A DNA stretch of 64,000 bases. Origin: Iphione sp. A-MEVVRFRX5. Its lineage: Eukaryota. The notes beneath the pieces were generated by a model. That model was given only the letters and a program-made list of their open reading frames with translations, did no database searches and was not told the DNA's origin. Shown piece after piece: positions 11,753 to 23,551 of the stretch (position 1 is the first letter of the stretch; every line of letters starts with the position of its first letter). The position numbers and the translations under genes were made by a program. Location of the stretch: the NCBI GenBank assembly GCA_976226885.1, contig OZ320315.1, positions 66,836,001 to 66,900,000 on the forward strand, written 5' to 3'.

Positions 11753-14124
11753 TTAAGTGAGATACATAATCTTGTGTGTTGCTTTAAGTGATAGATACAT
11801 AACGAGTGCGTGGGGTTACTGGATATATTGCCATGGGTTGGATTAGCACACGAGGCGAAGCCGAGTGTGATAATTCAACCCTGGCAATGTATCCAGTAAC
11901 CTCGAGCACGAGCTTATGTATCTCACTTAAACCGAAGGCCCAAACAACCAATTAGGTAAATAAAAACAACAACAACCCACTTACTCTCCCACCGCGCGAA
12001 ATTCAAATCCGAGCGTCACGGGCTCAGTCGACCACACAGCGCAGGCATGGACGTACCCAATTTCGATATCGAGCTCGATCTGCTCACCCAAGTCGATGAA
12101 ATTGAGAGGACTTACTATGCCTCCCAGAAAAGTCAAGAAGATTTGGGCTCTCAATCTGATCTGGTTGAAAATGACATTTTCCCAGTGCAGACTGATGCTT
12201 TTGATGGTCGTTTTGGACAAATTGAGTCTCAGGATCAATTCCACGATTCATTACTCCAGAGGATTCCCAAGAACACCTAAAAAGCTTCTAATTGGGCCCA
12301 TGGTATTTTCGTGAGTGGAGGACGTGGAGGAACTCTCGTTATGAGACCCATAGGGATCCTAAATGGCCAGTCCCACCATTGGACACGGACAATCTTCCCC
12401 TCCTTGACTACTGGCTCGCCAGGTTTATCATGGAAATAAGGAAGCAGGATTCCACTGATTATCCCCCAGGTACATACAGTTTCACTCTCTTCTTAGCCTT
12501 AAGCATTTCCCTAGGCAATTGAACTCAAAAATGTCATTATTCCTTTCAGGCAGTCTCACCAATATAGCTGCTGGCTTGCAACGATATCTGAGGGATGAGT
12601 GCCATAAATCTCATATATGGCTTCTGAAAAAAGATGATGTTAACTTTAAAACCTTCAGGGACGCCCTCGACGCCCGACGCAAGGTCTTGTTGGCGAAAGG
12701 CGTTGGGACGCAACCGAACCGCACGGATCCAATCACCCCGGATGATGAGCAGCAACTGTGGGAGTCGGGGGTAGTAGGCTTCCACACTGCCCAAGCATTA
12801 TCGGCACACTGCCCAAGCATATTTCGGGCTAAAGACGAACATACCAACCTGCAAGTAGAGCAATATTCCTTTGGGACGGAAAGGGACGGCTCGAAATATG
12901 TCCAGTTTAACGGCCGGCTCGCAAAGACGGTTACTGGGAAGGTCAGTTCCAAGGTGGCCCCCAGAGTTGTGAAACACTATGCTCAAGAGAGCAACGATAG
13001 GTGTGTGGTCAAATTGTTCAGAACCTATTTGGACAGACTGCCCCCCTCTGGGCGTTTCTATTGCCGGCCTATGCAGAATGTCAATGGTGTTGTGGTCTTC
13101 AGTGTTCAACATATAGGCATCAACAAACTGTCAGGTTACATGAACGCCATGTTCCAGCAAGCAGGTATCAATACAGAAGGCCGTAACATAAGTGGACACT
13201 CAGGTAAAGTGACTCTATGCACAACAATGTATGACCAGCAATTCGATGAGCAGGCAATCACCTCCCGGAGTGGCCATCGCTCAAATGCTGTTAGAGTCTA
13301 CAAACGTCCCTCACTTGATCTTGAAAAGAGGATCAGTGACTGTTTGCAACCCCCACTCCCCAAAGTAAACAAACCCTCAACGTCCTCATCATCTTCAACA
13401 TGCTCCAAACCCTCCACTTCCACAGCCGAAATCACCCCAATTCCATCTGCGCCCGTACTACCCACCACCCTACCTGTCCCCACCCCTCTACTCTCTCCCG
13501 CTATCATTTCTCAGGATGAAATGGATCGCAAAATTAAACTCGCCGAGCTAATTGATGATGACACATTTACGGTTATAGTGCCTCGAAATGTGAAAATTGT
13601 GTCAATAATCAAAGACGGTAAGAAGGTAATGGTTCAGCTGTGATGTTTTTCATGTAAAATCCAAGTCTCACCTATTTATTCCAATATTTATTTTATTTCA
13701 CCTTGAATCGGTACAGTGATAATCTCATATTGCTTCTTTATTTTTTATCTTTAATACTTTATTATTAACACTGATTTTTTACTTAAATACTTTACACATA
13801 TTATGCCTTGTCTACATAAATAAATGTTTACAGTCTTTTACATGCACGTGTTGCTTTTCTATGTACCCCTGACGTCGCGCTCAATATTATGTAATCAGCA
13901 TTTCACAGCTTTTGGTAACAACAACGCTCCTCGCCAACCCGTGGGGTACGCTGTATACCGCCACGGCCGCTCAAATAGGCCTAAAGAAGAAAAAAGATGG
14001 CCGCCGTGGTTTAAGCAAAAAAAAACCCACAGGTTGGATTGCACACTCGGCTTTGAGTCGTTAGCTAATCCAACCCCGTGGGTTTATTTCGCATACATCT
14101 ACACACTTGTTATATATCTATCAC
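11753..14124 (+). mobile_element. Crypton-type DNA transposon (tyrosine recombinase) with palindromic hairpin termini
   Basis: Internal DUF3504-like recombinase gene. The left end 11753-11930 is a long palindrome centred on cacacgaggcgaagccgagtgtg. The right end 14021-14124 has a related hairpin in inverted orientation, and gtgatagatacataacgagtgcgt (11788) matches the reverse complement of 14101-14124. Confidence 0.8.
12047..13643 (+). pseudogene. Crypton tyrosine recombinase gene (DUF3504 / ZMYM-KCTD1-like family), two exons, disabled
   Basis: MDVPNFDIELD...IPKNT*KASNWAHGIF, then a frameshift to REWRTW...LDYWLARFIMEIRKQDSTDYPPG. An 80-bp GT-AG intron (12470-12549) follows, then SLTNIAAGLQRYLR...FRAKDEH...GHSGKVT...SGHRSNAVRVYKRPS. 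In-frame TAA at 12278-12280 and a 1-nt shortfall in the T run near 12306-12309. AATAAA near 13819. Confidence 0.85.
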
Positions 14125-14140
14125 AAACAGGGTTGATTTG

Positions 14141-14200
14141 GGAGGAGGAGGAGGAGGAGGAGGAGGAGGAGGAGGAGGAGGAGGAGGAGGAGGAGGAGGA
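14141..14200 (+). repeat. (GGA)20 microsatellite followed by a CT-rich tract
   Basis: Perfect triplet run read directly; pyrimidine-rich tract 14201-14285 follows. Confidence 0.95.
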
Positions 14201-14249
14201 TTCCTTCTGTTTTCGTCTGCCTCTCCCTGTCTCTGTCTCATTCTCTGTT

Positions 14250-14284
<35 letters not shown>

Positions 14285-14940
14285 TACTCGCCAAAGACTG
14301 TACCTTCTTTGAAGGAGGCCCCAACCCCAGCCAAGAGAGGAGCATACTGAGGATTTCGGACCATCATGGTCTTTGAATTGAGCCCAAGTCTAGAGGAAAG
14401 GATCGAGGATATGTGTCACATACTGTCACAGTCTTCAAAAGGAACCCAACATTGAGAGGTGTTAGTAGGAGCCCAGCGTCACCAGCTTGGAAAGGAGACC
14501 CAACCTCAGGAGGTTATCTGGCCTTTTCTGCAGTCTTCTCGTAACTAGTCAAACTACATGTATTTGGTTGTGTGAGAAAGTGGTCTCTCCCCGGTCTGGT
14601 CTCCCAGCAATCTGGTCACTAATGAGGAGCTCACTGTATTTACTTGTCAGTTCACCACTAGTCAGATATTATATTGTCAAACTCCTTGCTAATCAGGTAT
14701 TTACTTGTTACATTCTCCATTAGTCACACATTTCATCAGCAAATTAACAGCTAGTCAGCCATTTACTTGTAAAATTTGCTGCTAGTCAGATTTTTTATCA
14801 CTATATCATTAAGTTGAAAAAATTCATCCATTCAGTTCTTAAAAAGTCAGTATTTGTTGTTGAGCTCAGCCTAATTTGATCTCTGTATCTCTGTTTGCAT
14901 CTGCTTCAGGCCCTGACACAGTGTCTAAGGGTCAGGGGTT

Positions 14941-15049
14941 TGTTCTCCGTAGCTTATCTATGGTAAGCCGACCTTGGTTATTCTCCTCTTGGAAATGTTC
15001 TCCGTAGCTTATCTATGGTAAGCCGACCTTGGTTGGTCTCCTCTTGGAA
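14941..15049 (+). repeat. 55-bp tandem duplication (2 copies)
   Basis: tgttctccgtagcttatctatggtaagccgaccttggtt...tcctcttggaa starts at 14941 and again at 14996. Confidence 0.9.
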
Positions 15050-16639
15050 TTGGTTATTGTAAAGTCTTTAGTGATGGAGGCGGGTGAAATTTTAAAATGC
15101 TTTAGGTCTGACATGCTCATAAGCCTGCTAGAATGTATGACTGCGTATTCTTTAATAGATAGCCATCGAATAAAACTAGTATAATATTAATAGTAAATTG
15201 ATCATTCTCCTTACCGGTAATGAGATCATGTCCGCTTTTGACTTCATATCATACAGCCTATTTCTAGAAAATACGTATTAAATGTAGGAGGGAAATGTCC
15301 AGTTACTTCCTATTATCTCCGTCTGAAAACACCACCTAGCCGTTTATTGTGGCGCAGAATTAAAGATTCTTGAAAACTAGACATGAAACTCTTCATGCCT
15401 TTATAGATGGTAATTGCTTCGGTATCACCCTCTGTAGTACAGATGTACCCTGCAGCCAGCCCCCTTAGGTAAATATTTAGCACAGTTTAACGCGGTTAAT
15501 TTAGAAATAAAGATCTGAACAGGCGGTCAGTGATAAACAGTTATGACTCTGTGTCTAAAGAAAGACTTTCAAGCACCAGCGAAGAAAGATGAGCACTTTG
15601 TCTGAATACTCCTGTCTTTGTCCTTCCGCTTTTGGTTGGTGTTCTTCCTGTGTTCTCTGTTCCTAATCTGAATCAGAGGCACACATATATCCAGATGTAC
15701 ACACGCACACACACGCTTCCTTTAGCATCTCCTTGCATGATGGAGTCAGAATATGAGATACGACATGGCTTATGAAAATATGGATAGCACTCTGATGCTG
15801 GACATACTGTCGCATTTTCAATCACCAGAATATCATTTGATAATTGCTCTCTCTACCAGCCGTTTGAACATAAAAGTGGGATTTAGAAGTTAGCATGGAG
15901 ATTTACCATACACTCTCATCATACGGTGGTGACTAACAGATAAACAATAACGACGAATATTATAGCGGCAAATAATGTTAGCAAATTAATTCCCCTCTCG
16001 GCTTCTCTCATGCTCTCTCTCTCCCTCTTTTTCCCTTCCCTCCCTCCCTCTCTCCCTTCTCACCTCTCTCCCCCCCTCTCTCTCTCTCTTTCCCTCTTTC
16101 GCTCTGGCTCCGCGCTACCGATTGGTTCATGGAAGCAACGTTTGTTTTTTTATTATAATTGTATAGTATTGGAGTCCGTATATATACATGTATATATATT
16201 ATGTAATCATTGTCTATTACAACGATGAGCCTACTCTTGATTCGAAATTACGGGTAGATCACAATTTGGACATCAGATAGACGAACTGAACCTTGAAGTT
16301 CCAAAACTAGCGGCATCTGAAGCAATTAAAGACTGAAATTGACATTATCCTTTAATTTTAGAAGTGGATAAAATAGTATGTACATTTAACAAGCATTTAT
16401 CCCTTCAATAAGATAGCTCATTACTGTGTGATCTGATCCATCAAAATCAGTCATAGCATGCTCTTTGGAATGATTTTTATGTTGCACTTCTTTTATATTT
16501 GTGTTGCGAGCACTCTAGCAACAGCACAATCATGCATATATATGAGAATAAGTACGCACAACTGTCCAATCCGACATGTCCTCATTTCTTTCTCTGAATT
16601 TCAATTTTCTTTTAAAGTACATTGTAATAATAATTTGGG

Positions 16640-16900
16640 CCGACATGGATAATTTTTCTGATCTCACGCATGCAGATTTTTATGGCAAATGGCTATCAAG
16701 ATACAGGACCAACAACAATCAATCACATAGACATATCAATGTTGTGGACTATGCTATATCTTATGAGGCTTAGACCGACCATACTAGGTGTAATGTTTGG
16801 AGTAACATCTATTACATGGCAATCTGGTCAAATCTGGTCAATAACGATCAATAGCTATAGGGCTATGACAATATAGAGAAGCGGATTATCGATAAAGTGC
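16640..16900 (+). pseudogene. Possible decayed APE endonuclease fragment of a LINE
   Basis: ADFYGKW...RTNNNQSHRHINVVDYAIS resembles the G-x-x-T...SVVDY segment of LINE AP endonucleases. Stop-interrupted. Confidence 0.25.
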
Positions 16901-17547
16901 AAGGTTTGACTGATTCCATGGATTGCAAAATAATGGGTTACTGTATAGCGTACAAACCACTTGATATTCCGCGAATTTAAGGGAGTGTTAAAGTCAAATA
17001 GTGGAAGATTTTTTTTGTATTCCGAACAGCGTCACTGAGGGTGAGACTGTCTTAGGACAAGCAAAAGACTTGGATCACACATTGCTTGGCTTACACGGGC
17101 CGGAGGTAAATATGTGTGGATTCCCAGAGTGTATACGTTAAGGCTGAGGGCCGGACACAGAGCTCCCTGGCGGTGTTTATAGGCGTGTCCACACCGGTCT
17201 ATATATAGACCTAAAACCAACAGACCAGCTACGGTCCCCTCCACAATCGGCTGCCCCCTCCCGTCGGAACTTCCAGTTGGAGAATGTTAATAAATTCTGT
17301 TTAATGCAATTTGGTGTGATTAGTGCAGATGGAATACTGCAGGCAAGGATGCGATGAAAGTTAGTGCGGGGGTCAGGGAGTGGGGCGGGAGCAAGAGTGT
17401 CAAGAGTGGGTGTCACATTGGCACGGCTGGATCGCACACACTTTGATCTGTGAGCTCTAATGACATTTGTCATCTAAGCTGAGCAGGAATTCAGGGGAGA
17501 CGCCCACTAACCTGAACAGGTCTTGTGTACACTAAACGTCACCCTTG

Positions 17548-17594
17548 CTCCTCCTCCTCCTCCTCCTCCTCCTCCTCCTCCTCCTCCTCCTCCT
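17548..17594 (+). repeat. (CCT)n microsatellite
   Basis: Direct reading; about 15-16 units. Confidence 0.95.
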
Positions 17595-17684
17595 CTCCAC
17601 TTCCGACCGCTATGTAATTTCCTTTATTGTTTGTGTTTTAATTGTGTACATAATTTTGCAGGTGCTGATTACACCAGTGCTTCA

Positions 17685-17727
<43 letters not shown>

Positions 17728-17838
17728 GCCTGCCTCACCTTGTTCATCCCTCCTACGGCTCTTTCCAGATTCATTTCATTTATTGTTATTCTTCCCTCCT
17801 TCCCTCTGTCCCCGTCCTCTCGGACACCATCTCTTTTA

Positions 17839-18258
17839 GGCCCTGTTTCTGTTTGTGCAGCTCACATCATTACACACACAGTCATTTTCACTGTTTTTCA
17901 GCTGCATTTCCATGAAATAAGCCATCTTTTGGCTAACTTTCCATGAAAAAACTTTTGGGGTCAAATTTCCATGAAAAAAAGCTGTTTTTCAGCTGACTTT
18001 CCATGAAGAAACCTTTTGGTCATATTTCCATGAAGAAAGACTCAGACTCAGGGAGGCAGATTACTGACCTTCCATGAAAAAAATCCTTTAGGGGAATTTT
18101 TTGACATTTTTATAATACTTTTCCAGTCATTAAAGATGCACTGACACACACTGGCCTGCACTGGTCTACATAGGACAACCTGTGCATAAGGGTGTGGCAG
18201 AACAAAAACATGTGCAAACGCACCTGGACACCTTCCGCACCCTCATGGAAACTGGGCC
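17839..18258. mobile_element. PIF/Harbinger-type MITE with an internal array of about 30 bp units
   Basis: TTA|GGCCCTGTTTC...GGAAACTGGGCC|TTA gives imperfect terminal inverted repeats (TIRs) and a TTA TSD. Internal repeats tttccatgaa(a)aa at 17907-18080. Confidence 0.65.
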
Positions 18259-19538
18259 TTAGGCCATCTTTCAATGTGTATGAAAAGTTTGTACCGTGAC
18301 GTGGGGTTCGGACTGTGGCAAAAATAAAATAATGAACTGAAAGAGGAACCTACCCATGTGTGTGTAAGTCCCACAGTGTGTAACATGTATGTGCAGGAAA
18401 ACCGGACAACTATGGATTTGTCTGCAGGTCATTGTGCAGCAGTGCCGTCCGGGATGTGTGTAATGAACCAGAGTGAAATGTATAGGCTTTACAAGCAACC
18501 TATCCGTATGTTCCGCAGTGCAAACAGGTGTATAAGGGATCCCACAGACAGGTACCGGGCTGGGGATGCATATTTTTCATACACATAGAAAGACGGATTT
18601 ACCTCCTCTCTCTTCTCTCCTCATCTCTTCCTTGAGAGAAGTCATACCCAAGAGAACAAATTTAACTCAATTATATACATATATGTGTGCGGTTATCTGC
18701 CAGATGTCTGAATACGTGTGTAGTGAAAATAAAAACAGCAAGAATGTAAATACAGTGAGATATTGTATCATACGAATATATGCATGAGAGATTCTTTAAA
18801 TAAAGACAAATAGTGCCTGCACTGCATCTGAAACTAAACTTCCAGAACAATGGTAGATTCATGATTATTTGCTCTTATTCCTAATCGGTGCTTATTTCTG
18901 GAATCGCTGCTCCCTGAAATGTAGGGTCATTCACCTCTAAAACGTGCTAATTCATTTCCAAGGTTCAATCATGTAAGACAATCCCTCTTGAATGAAAGGA
19001 ATTTCATTGAAATAACACCGTTTTGCAATATCAGTTTGTACTAACAATTAAGGGTGCATGTATTACCTTTGTGTCTGTGTGATGGATCACATTTGTACTA
19101 TTATGTTGGGAATCCAATTGAATTCTTTTACATAGGAAATAAAATACTACTGTATACATAATGCAGAAATCTGTTACAAGACCAGGTCAAGAAAGTACAA
19201 TAAATGGGAGTGAAACACCTATACGAGTCCATGCGTCCACATGTGTATATATAAATGAAGGAATCTGTTTCTGGGGTCACAAATTAAAGCTGTAAAGGCC
19301 ATCAAATCGGGTCCTACTGGCTATAGTCCATTAGCCCATGGAGGATTTGTGGGTAGTCAGGATTCTCTTTATTCTATGTGTCCCTATTGAATTTAAAACA
19401 GTCTGCAGACTAAATAAACAAAAAACATACTAAATCATTTAAACTTTTAAAAATGTATGCATAGGCATGATTTATGTAAGCACTGCGTGTGTTTGTGTAT
19501 AGAAGGTATGTCCTTATCAGACAAGTACCTGCACATAC

Positions 19539-19667
19539 CTAGTCGTAGTAATGGATGAGTAGTGGTCGTAGCAGTAGTGCTCGTAGAACTAGTTGTAATC
19601 GTAGTAGTAATCGTAGGAGTAGTAGTAGTTGTAGTAGTAGCAGTGGTGGTTGTAGTTGTTGTTGTGG
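19539..19667 (-). CDS. Candidate Thr-rich (mucin-like) phase 1-1 exon
   Basis: Acceptor catcgtcctctag. 129 nt reading (x)TTTTTTTATTTTTTPTITTTITTSSTSTTATTTTHPLLRL(G), donor gtatgt at 19538. Third positions vary rather than forming a pure microsatellite. Confidence 0.45.
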   Translation of the reverse strand, partial: PQQQLQPPLLLLQLLLLLRLLLRLQLVLRALLLRPLLIHYYD

Positions 19668-20554
19668 CTAGAGGACGATGTGTGAAAGGATGGTCTGATG
19701 GTGGCCCGGGCTACGTCTGTGTGGTCCCCCGCCACACCTATACATGTTTATAGGCTCGAAGCTGCGTCAGCCTGTGTGTGCGTCTGCGCGCGCGTGTGTG
19801 AGGTTTGAGACACTACGGGAAGTGGACGTGTTCAGGAGCACGCGTCTGTGTGATGTCATTGGTGGACGTCTTCCCATCGGAGGGTAATGTGTCTTGGTGT
19901 GCGTGTATATGAATGAGTTAGTGAGTTAATGATCGATCCCGGAGAGACGTACCGGGACACAGGGGAAGACAGAGTGACACACAGAGCCAAAGGGATATGA
20001 AAAAAGACAGAGACATAGGGAGGCAGCAAGGGAGACAAAAGATACAGATTAATAGAAAAACGGACAGAGACGGGGAGCTGAGGAGGAGGGAGGGGGACAC
20101 ACTTTTATGGCACGGTCCATGCATTCACAATAACATATGCACATATATAAGGACCTCTCCTGTCCCCACGGGTATGTTTTTATTATGACCCACGTGTGAT
20201 CATGTGCATATATTTTTTCTGTAAAAACCTGCACCGGTTACACGTACACATAACTGCACCCATTAAGGCATTGGTTAAGAATGCGACACACCCAAGTAAT
20301 AAGCGGAAAGGACTTGAGCGCATTAATACGTAAATTTGCGTGAAACATCTCAGGTACGCATTCTAGACTGATCCTCTGCGCATTTTTAGTATCTTATTTG
20401 ACATTATAAGAGGTTTTCATTGCGGCTATTTACCTCTCGCCTTTTGCGCCCTGCACCTGTTCTAGGCATGTTTTTGTTTTTAGTAGCACGCTATATACAT
20501 GTATAAATATTTGCAACTGAAATATGTACTTTTCCAGCATCCAATGAGGCTGGG

Positions 20555-22300
20555 GTGTCCTTGATTCTGTCTCACATTTCCAAACCGAAGGTGTTAACCG
20601 TAAAAGGCGTTAAACCTGCAAGGAACATCGTTAATGAGACTACAGTGCGAGGAGTGTTTCTTGATATCCGAAAACTAGTAAGAATTACTCCGCTCAACAA
20701 GAGAGGTAGTCTAAATCTGAAGAAAAACTACCGTCCGGTTGTCATATTGCCAATGACGGGCAAATCCTAGAGAAACTGATATTCAATCAAATTTCATACT
20801 AAGTGAAGTCTAAAAATTATTATTCGTTTTCGACCAATGAGAGGTACTTCTATGGCATTTTCGATATTCCTCCGAAATGTATATGAATCTGCTGACTAGA
20901 AAGCTCACCTTGGTGCTGTGTTCATCGACCTATCTAAAGCATTTTATGTAATTAATAATGAGTTAGTACTACAGAAATGTCCTCGTGCAGGCATGGACGA
21001 ACTAATATTGAAATGGATCAAATATCATGTTGAATATGATCGGTGTAATAATATATAACGATTCTAGCGTAATGCCAGTGCCATATGGGGTCCCTCGGGA
21101 AAGCCTGATGGAACAACTACTGTTCTCTATAGTTGTCAATGACGTGCCTAAACCTCAAGAGATCTTAAGATCCCTATTATATGCAGATGATATCACTCTC
21201 ATTGCCTCTGCGTCCAACATTCTAGCGCTACGCCCAAAGCTACAAAGATGCTCAAAGCTGGACAAATAGCGATGGTCTTCTAATCAATAAAGGAAAATCT
21301 TACTAAATGGTTTTTGGCAAGAGCAGACACTTTCAACTTAAGCTGAAGCTTGGGACACAGTGTCCCACCAAGGCTTATGCACTGTGCTGTACTTGTTGAA
21401 CTCTAGGTGTACTATTTATAGCATGTATGTAGGTTACGTGTAGCAAAATCGTTCTAAAAAAAGTTACTGTTTTGCATACTGGAGATGGTCATGTGCACAT
21501 ACCCACTTGGATTTACCTTAGGGTTAGCCTATTGGAGAAGTGTATTGAATTATCAAATGAGGATTACTAAGCCAGGGAATTAAATACAATAGGAGGGTTT
21601 ACCAAGTGGGAATAACAACACACATATGGCACTTGGGGATATAACTTTATTCCAAGGAGTAACTCAAAGGAGATATAAATACGTGAATTACAGTATCAAA
21701 AAGAATCTATTGCCAAGTGTCTAGGATACAGAGTAGATAGGCTGAGTTGGGTGCCAATGACTGAAGAGACCAGGACAATTTTGAGGATATAAACACACTT
21801 TATACGTAAACCTGTTTCACACCTGTCGTTCCAACAAAAAGGTATACTTTTTAAACCATTCATAATGCCATTATTTGATTATGCACTAATCTTTCTCACA
21901 GATCATAAAAAGCTGCTAGATCCCTTCAAAATGAGTGCAATAGATCTTTCGGTCTCACCACAAAAAGGAGTGCTATGTCCATAAGAATGTGTGTTGGTCT
22001 ATATCCCCCTAGAACAAAAGGTAACAATCGGCTCTTACCACTAATCGATTGCCTATAGTTGCTAGGATTGTGTCACCTGAAGGTTCGTACCAGGAGAACT
22101 CATCAGAGAATCTCAACTGTCCTGAAAGTAAAGAAACCCAGGACAAGCCTGTTTAAACCAAGCTATTGACACATGGGAGTGTTCCATGTAGAATAAACTG
22201 CCAGAATATATCAAAGCATCAAACTGTCCAAAGATTTTCGAATCTCGATCTGACAGACTAAAACTATTCCGATTATGCTTTCAGTGTTAACTAGTGTGCG
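20555..22300 (+). pseudogene. Decayed CR1/L2-like LINE ORF2 (RT)
   Basis: ITPLNKRG...NYRPVVILP, AVFIDLSKAF, GVPRESLMEQLLFSIVVND, LYADDITL and *NKLPEYIKAS occur in the expected order, with many stops and frameshifts. Confidence 0.85.
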
Positions 22301-23259
22301 TATACATGTACATGTATATCATCTTTCTTAAATATATGTCTCTATCTGCACTATTTGTCTCTTTTTCACCGACGTTTTGTCACTAGAAGAACTTTTGTAC
22401 CTTATGTATGAGAGAAGTGTGAGAGAACAATGGATACTACTTAATTTCCAATGTACCATCCACACCAAACATTTGGGAGTGATTCTAACAAAACCACATC
22501 CAGCTAAGAGACATGTGGATGTGATTTCTCTTCACATCTTTAACCTCAATGATCAGCGCTTTCAATTGCTCTTCCCTGTTGTCCAGGGGTAGCTTACTAT
22601 CATCAATTATCAAAAATTATCCCCTGCTCTTGTTTCTGAGAAGGTTCTTGAAGTTCCTTTGTACAAAATCTTATACACACAAACTTTGTGATAAGTTTTA
22701 CCACTCTTGGTTAGGGTTACTGTGAATTCATCCAGTCATGAAAAAGATTCCTTGGCCCAGGCTTGATCCTGCCTTATCTAAAACTTTAGTTCAGTGGACC
22801 AGTGCTAGCCAAAAATCATGCAAATATGAGATGTTCATAAGTCAGAGCTCATAATCTCTACTTGTCCAGGTCTGACATTGTTAAACAGAATACAGTAGAA
22901 TACAGAATAGTAACTACTTGAAAAAATTAATGAAAAATGTGTAAATTCATACTTAGGAACGGTTCGTTTTAAGATGAGTTATGTTACAGTTCTTTTCATA
23001 TAGAAACATAATTGGATATTTATACACAGGTGTGTAGTGGGCCCTACTGCAAAGTCTTTTTTCCTCAAAGCTGATCGCTGAATCCACTGACACAAATATG
23101 AGGGGCTAGCTAATGATATATATGTATATACACGATTTTTAAAAACGACATTTGCCGCTTAGTCATCAGTACTGTGAATAGACCAGTTGGCCTGATGATA
23201 AATCCTTTGATCGACATATGTACGAAGTTATTGGAATCTGCTCACAGATTTGTACTCAC

Positions 23260-23551
23260 GGTTTTCCAATGCGAAAACGATTTTGCGGTTGCGTACACTA
23301 CCAAATAGCCTGCGGAAGCCCATAGGCGGCCACTCTGGCTGCGCGAACAGGGCGACAGCATTCTTATCAATATTTGTTCTGAAGTCATCTTTAGTAAACC
23401 AGTGGAATCCAGACTTCTCTGAATAGCGTATTAACCTCATCAGGGACTGTGAGGAACTTGCAGGGAGTTTTTGTTTCTCTTGACGCAATGCATAAATTAA
23501 CATGTAAAGTAATAACAAAGGGATGACGCCGACGATCCTAAATGAAATCAT
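23260..23551 (-). CDS. Candidate first coding exon of a secreted or type II membrane protein
   Basis: ATG with an upstream in-frame TGA. 97 codons beginning with hydrophobic MISFRIVGVIPLLLLYMLIYAL, then a consensus donor C|gtgagt at 23259 (phase 1). Family not recognised. Confidence 0.5.

Noticed and set aside
16215-16260. cgatgag...cgaaattac as a hammerhead-like motif
   Set aside because: The core lacks CUGA and I found no stems I or III; at best a decayed PLE end.
13824-17946. ORFs with poly-E, poly-G, poly-P, poly-L or LSLS runs (13824, 14078, 16010, 17523, 17545; similar ones at 30863, 52695 and 60423)
   Set aside because: Produced by (GGA)n, (CCT)n and (CT)n microsatellites lacking stop codons.
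22377-22900. Minus-strand fragments (IIDDSKLPLDNREEQLKALII...) as further exons of the 23.5-kb candidate gene or a RhoGAP piece
   Set aside because: Stops in all frames and only superficial similarity.
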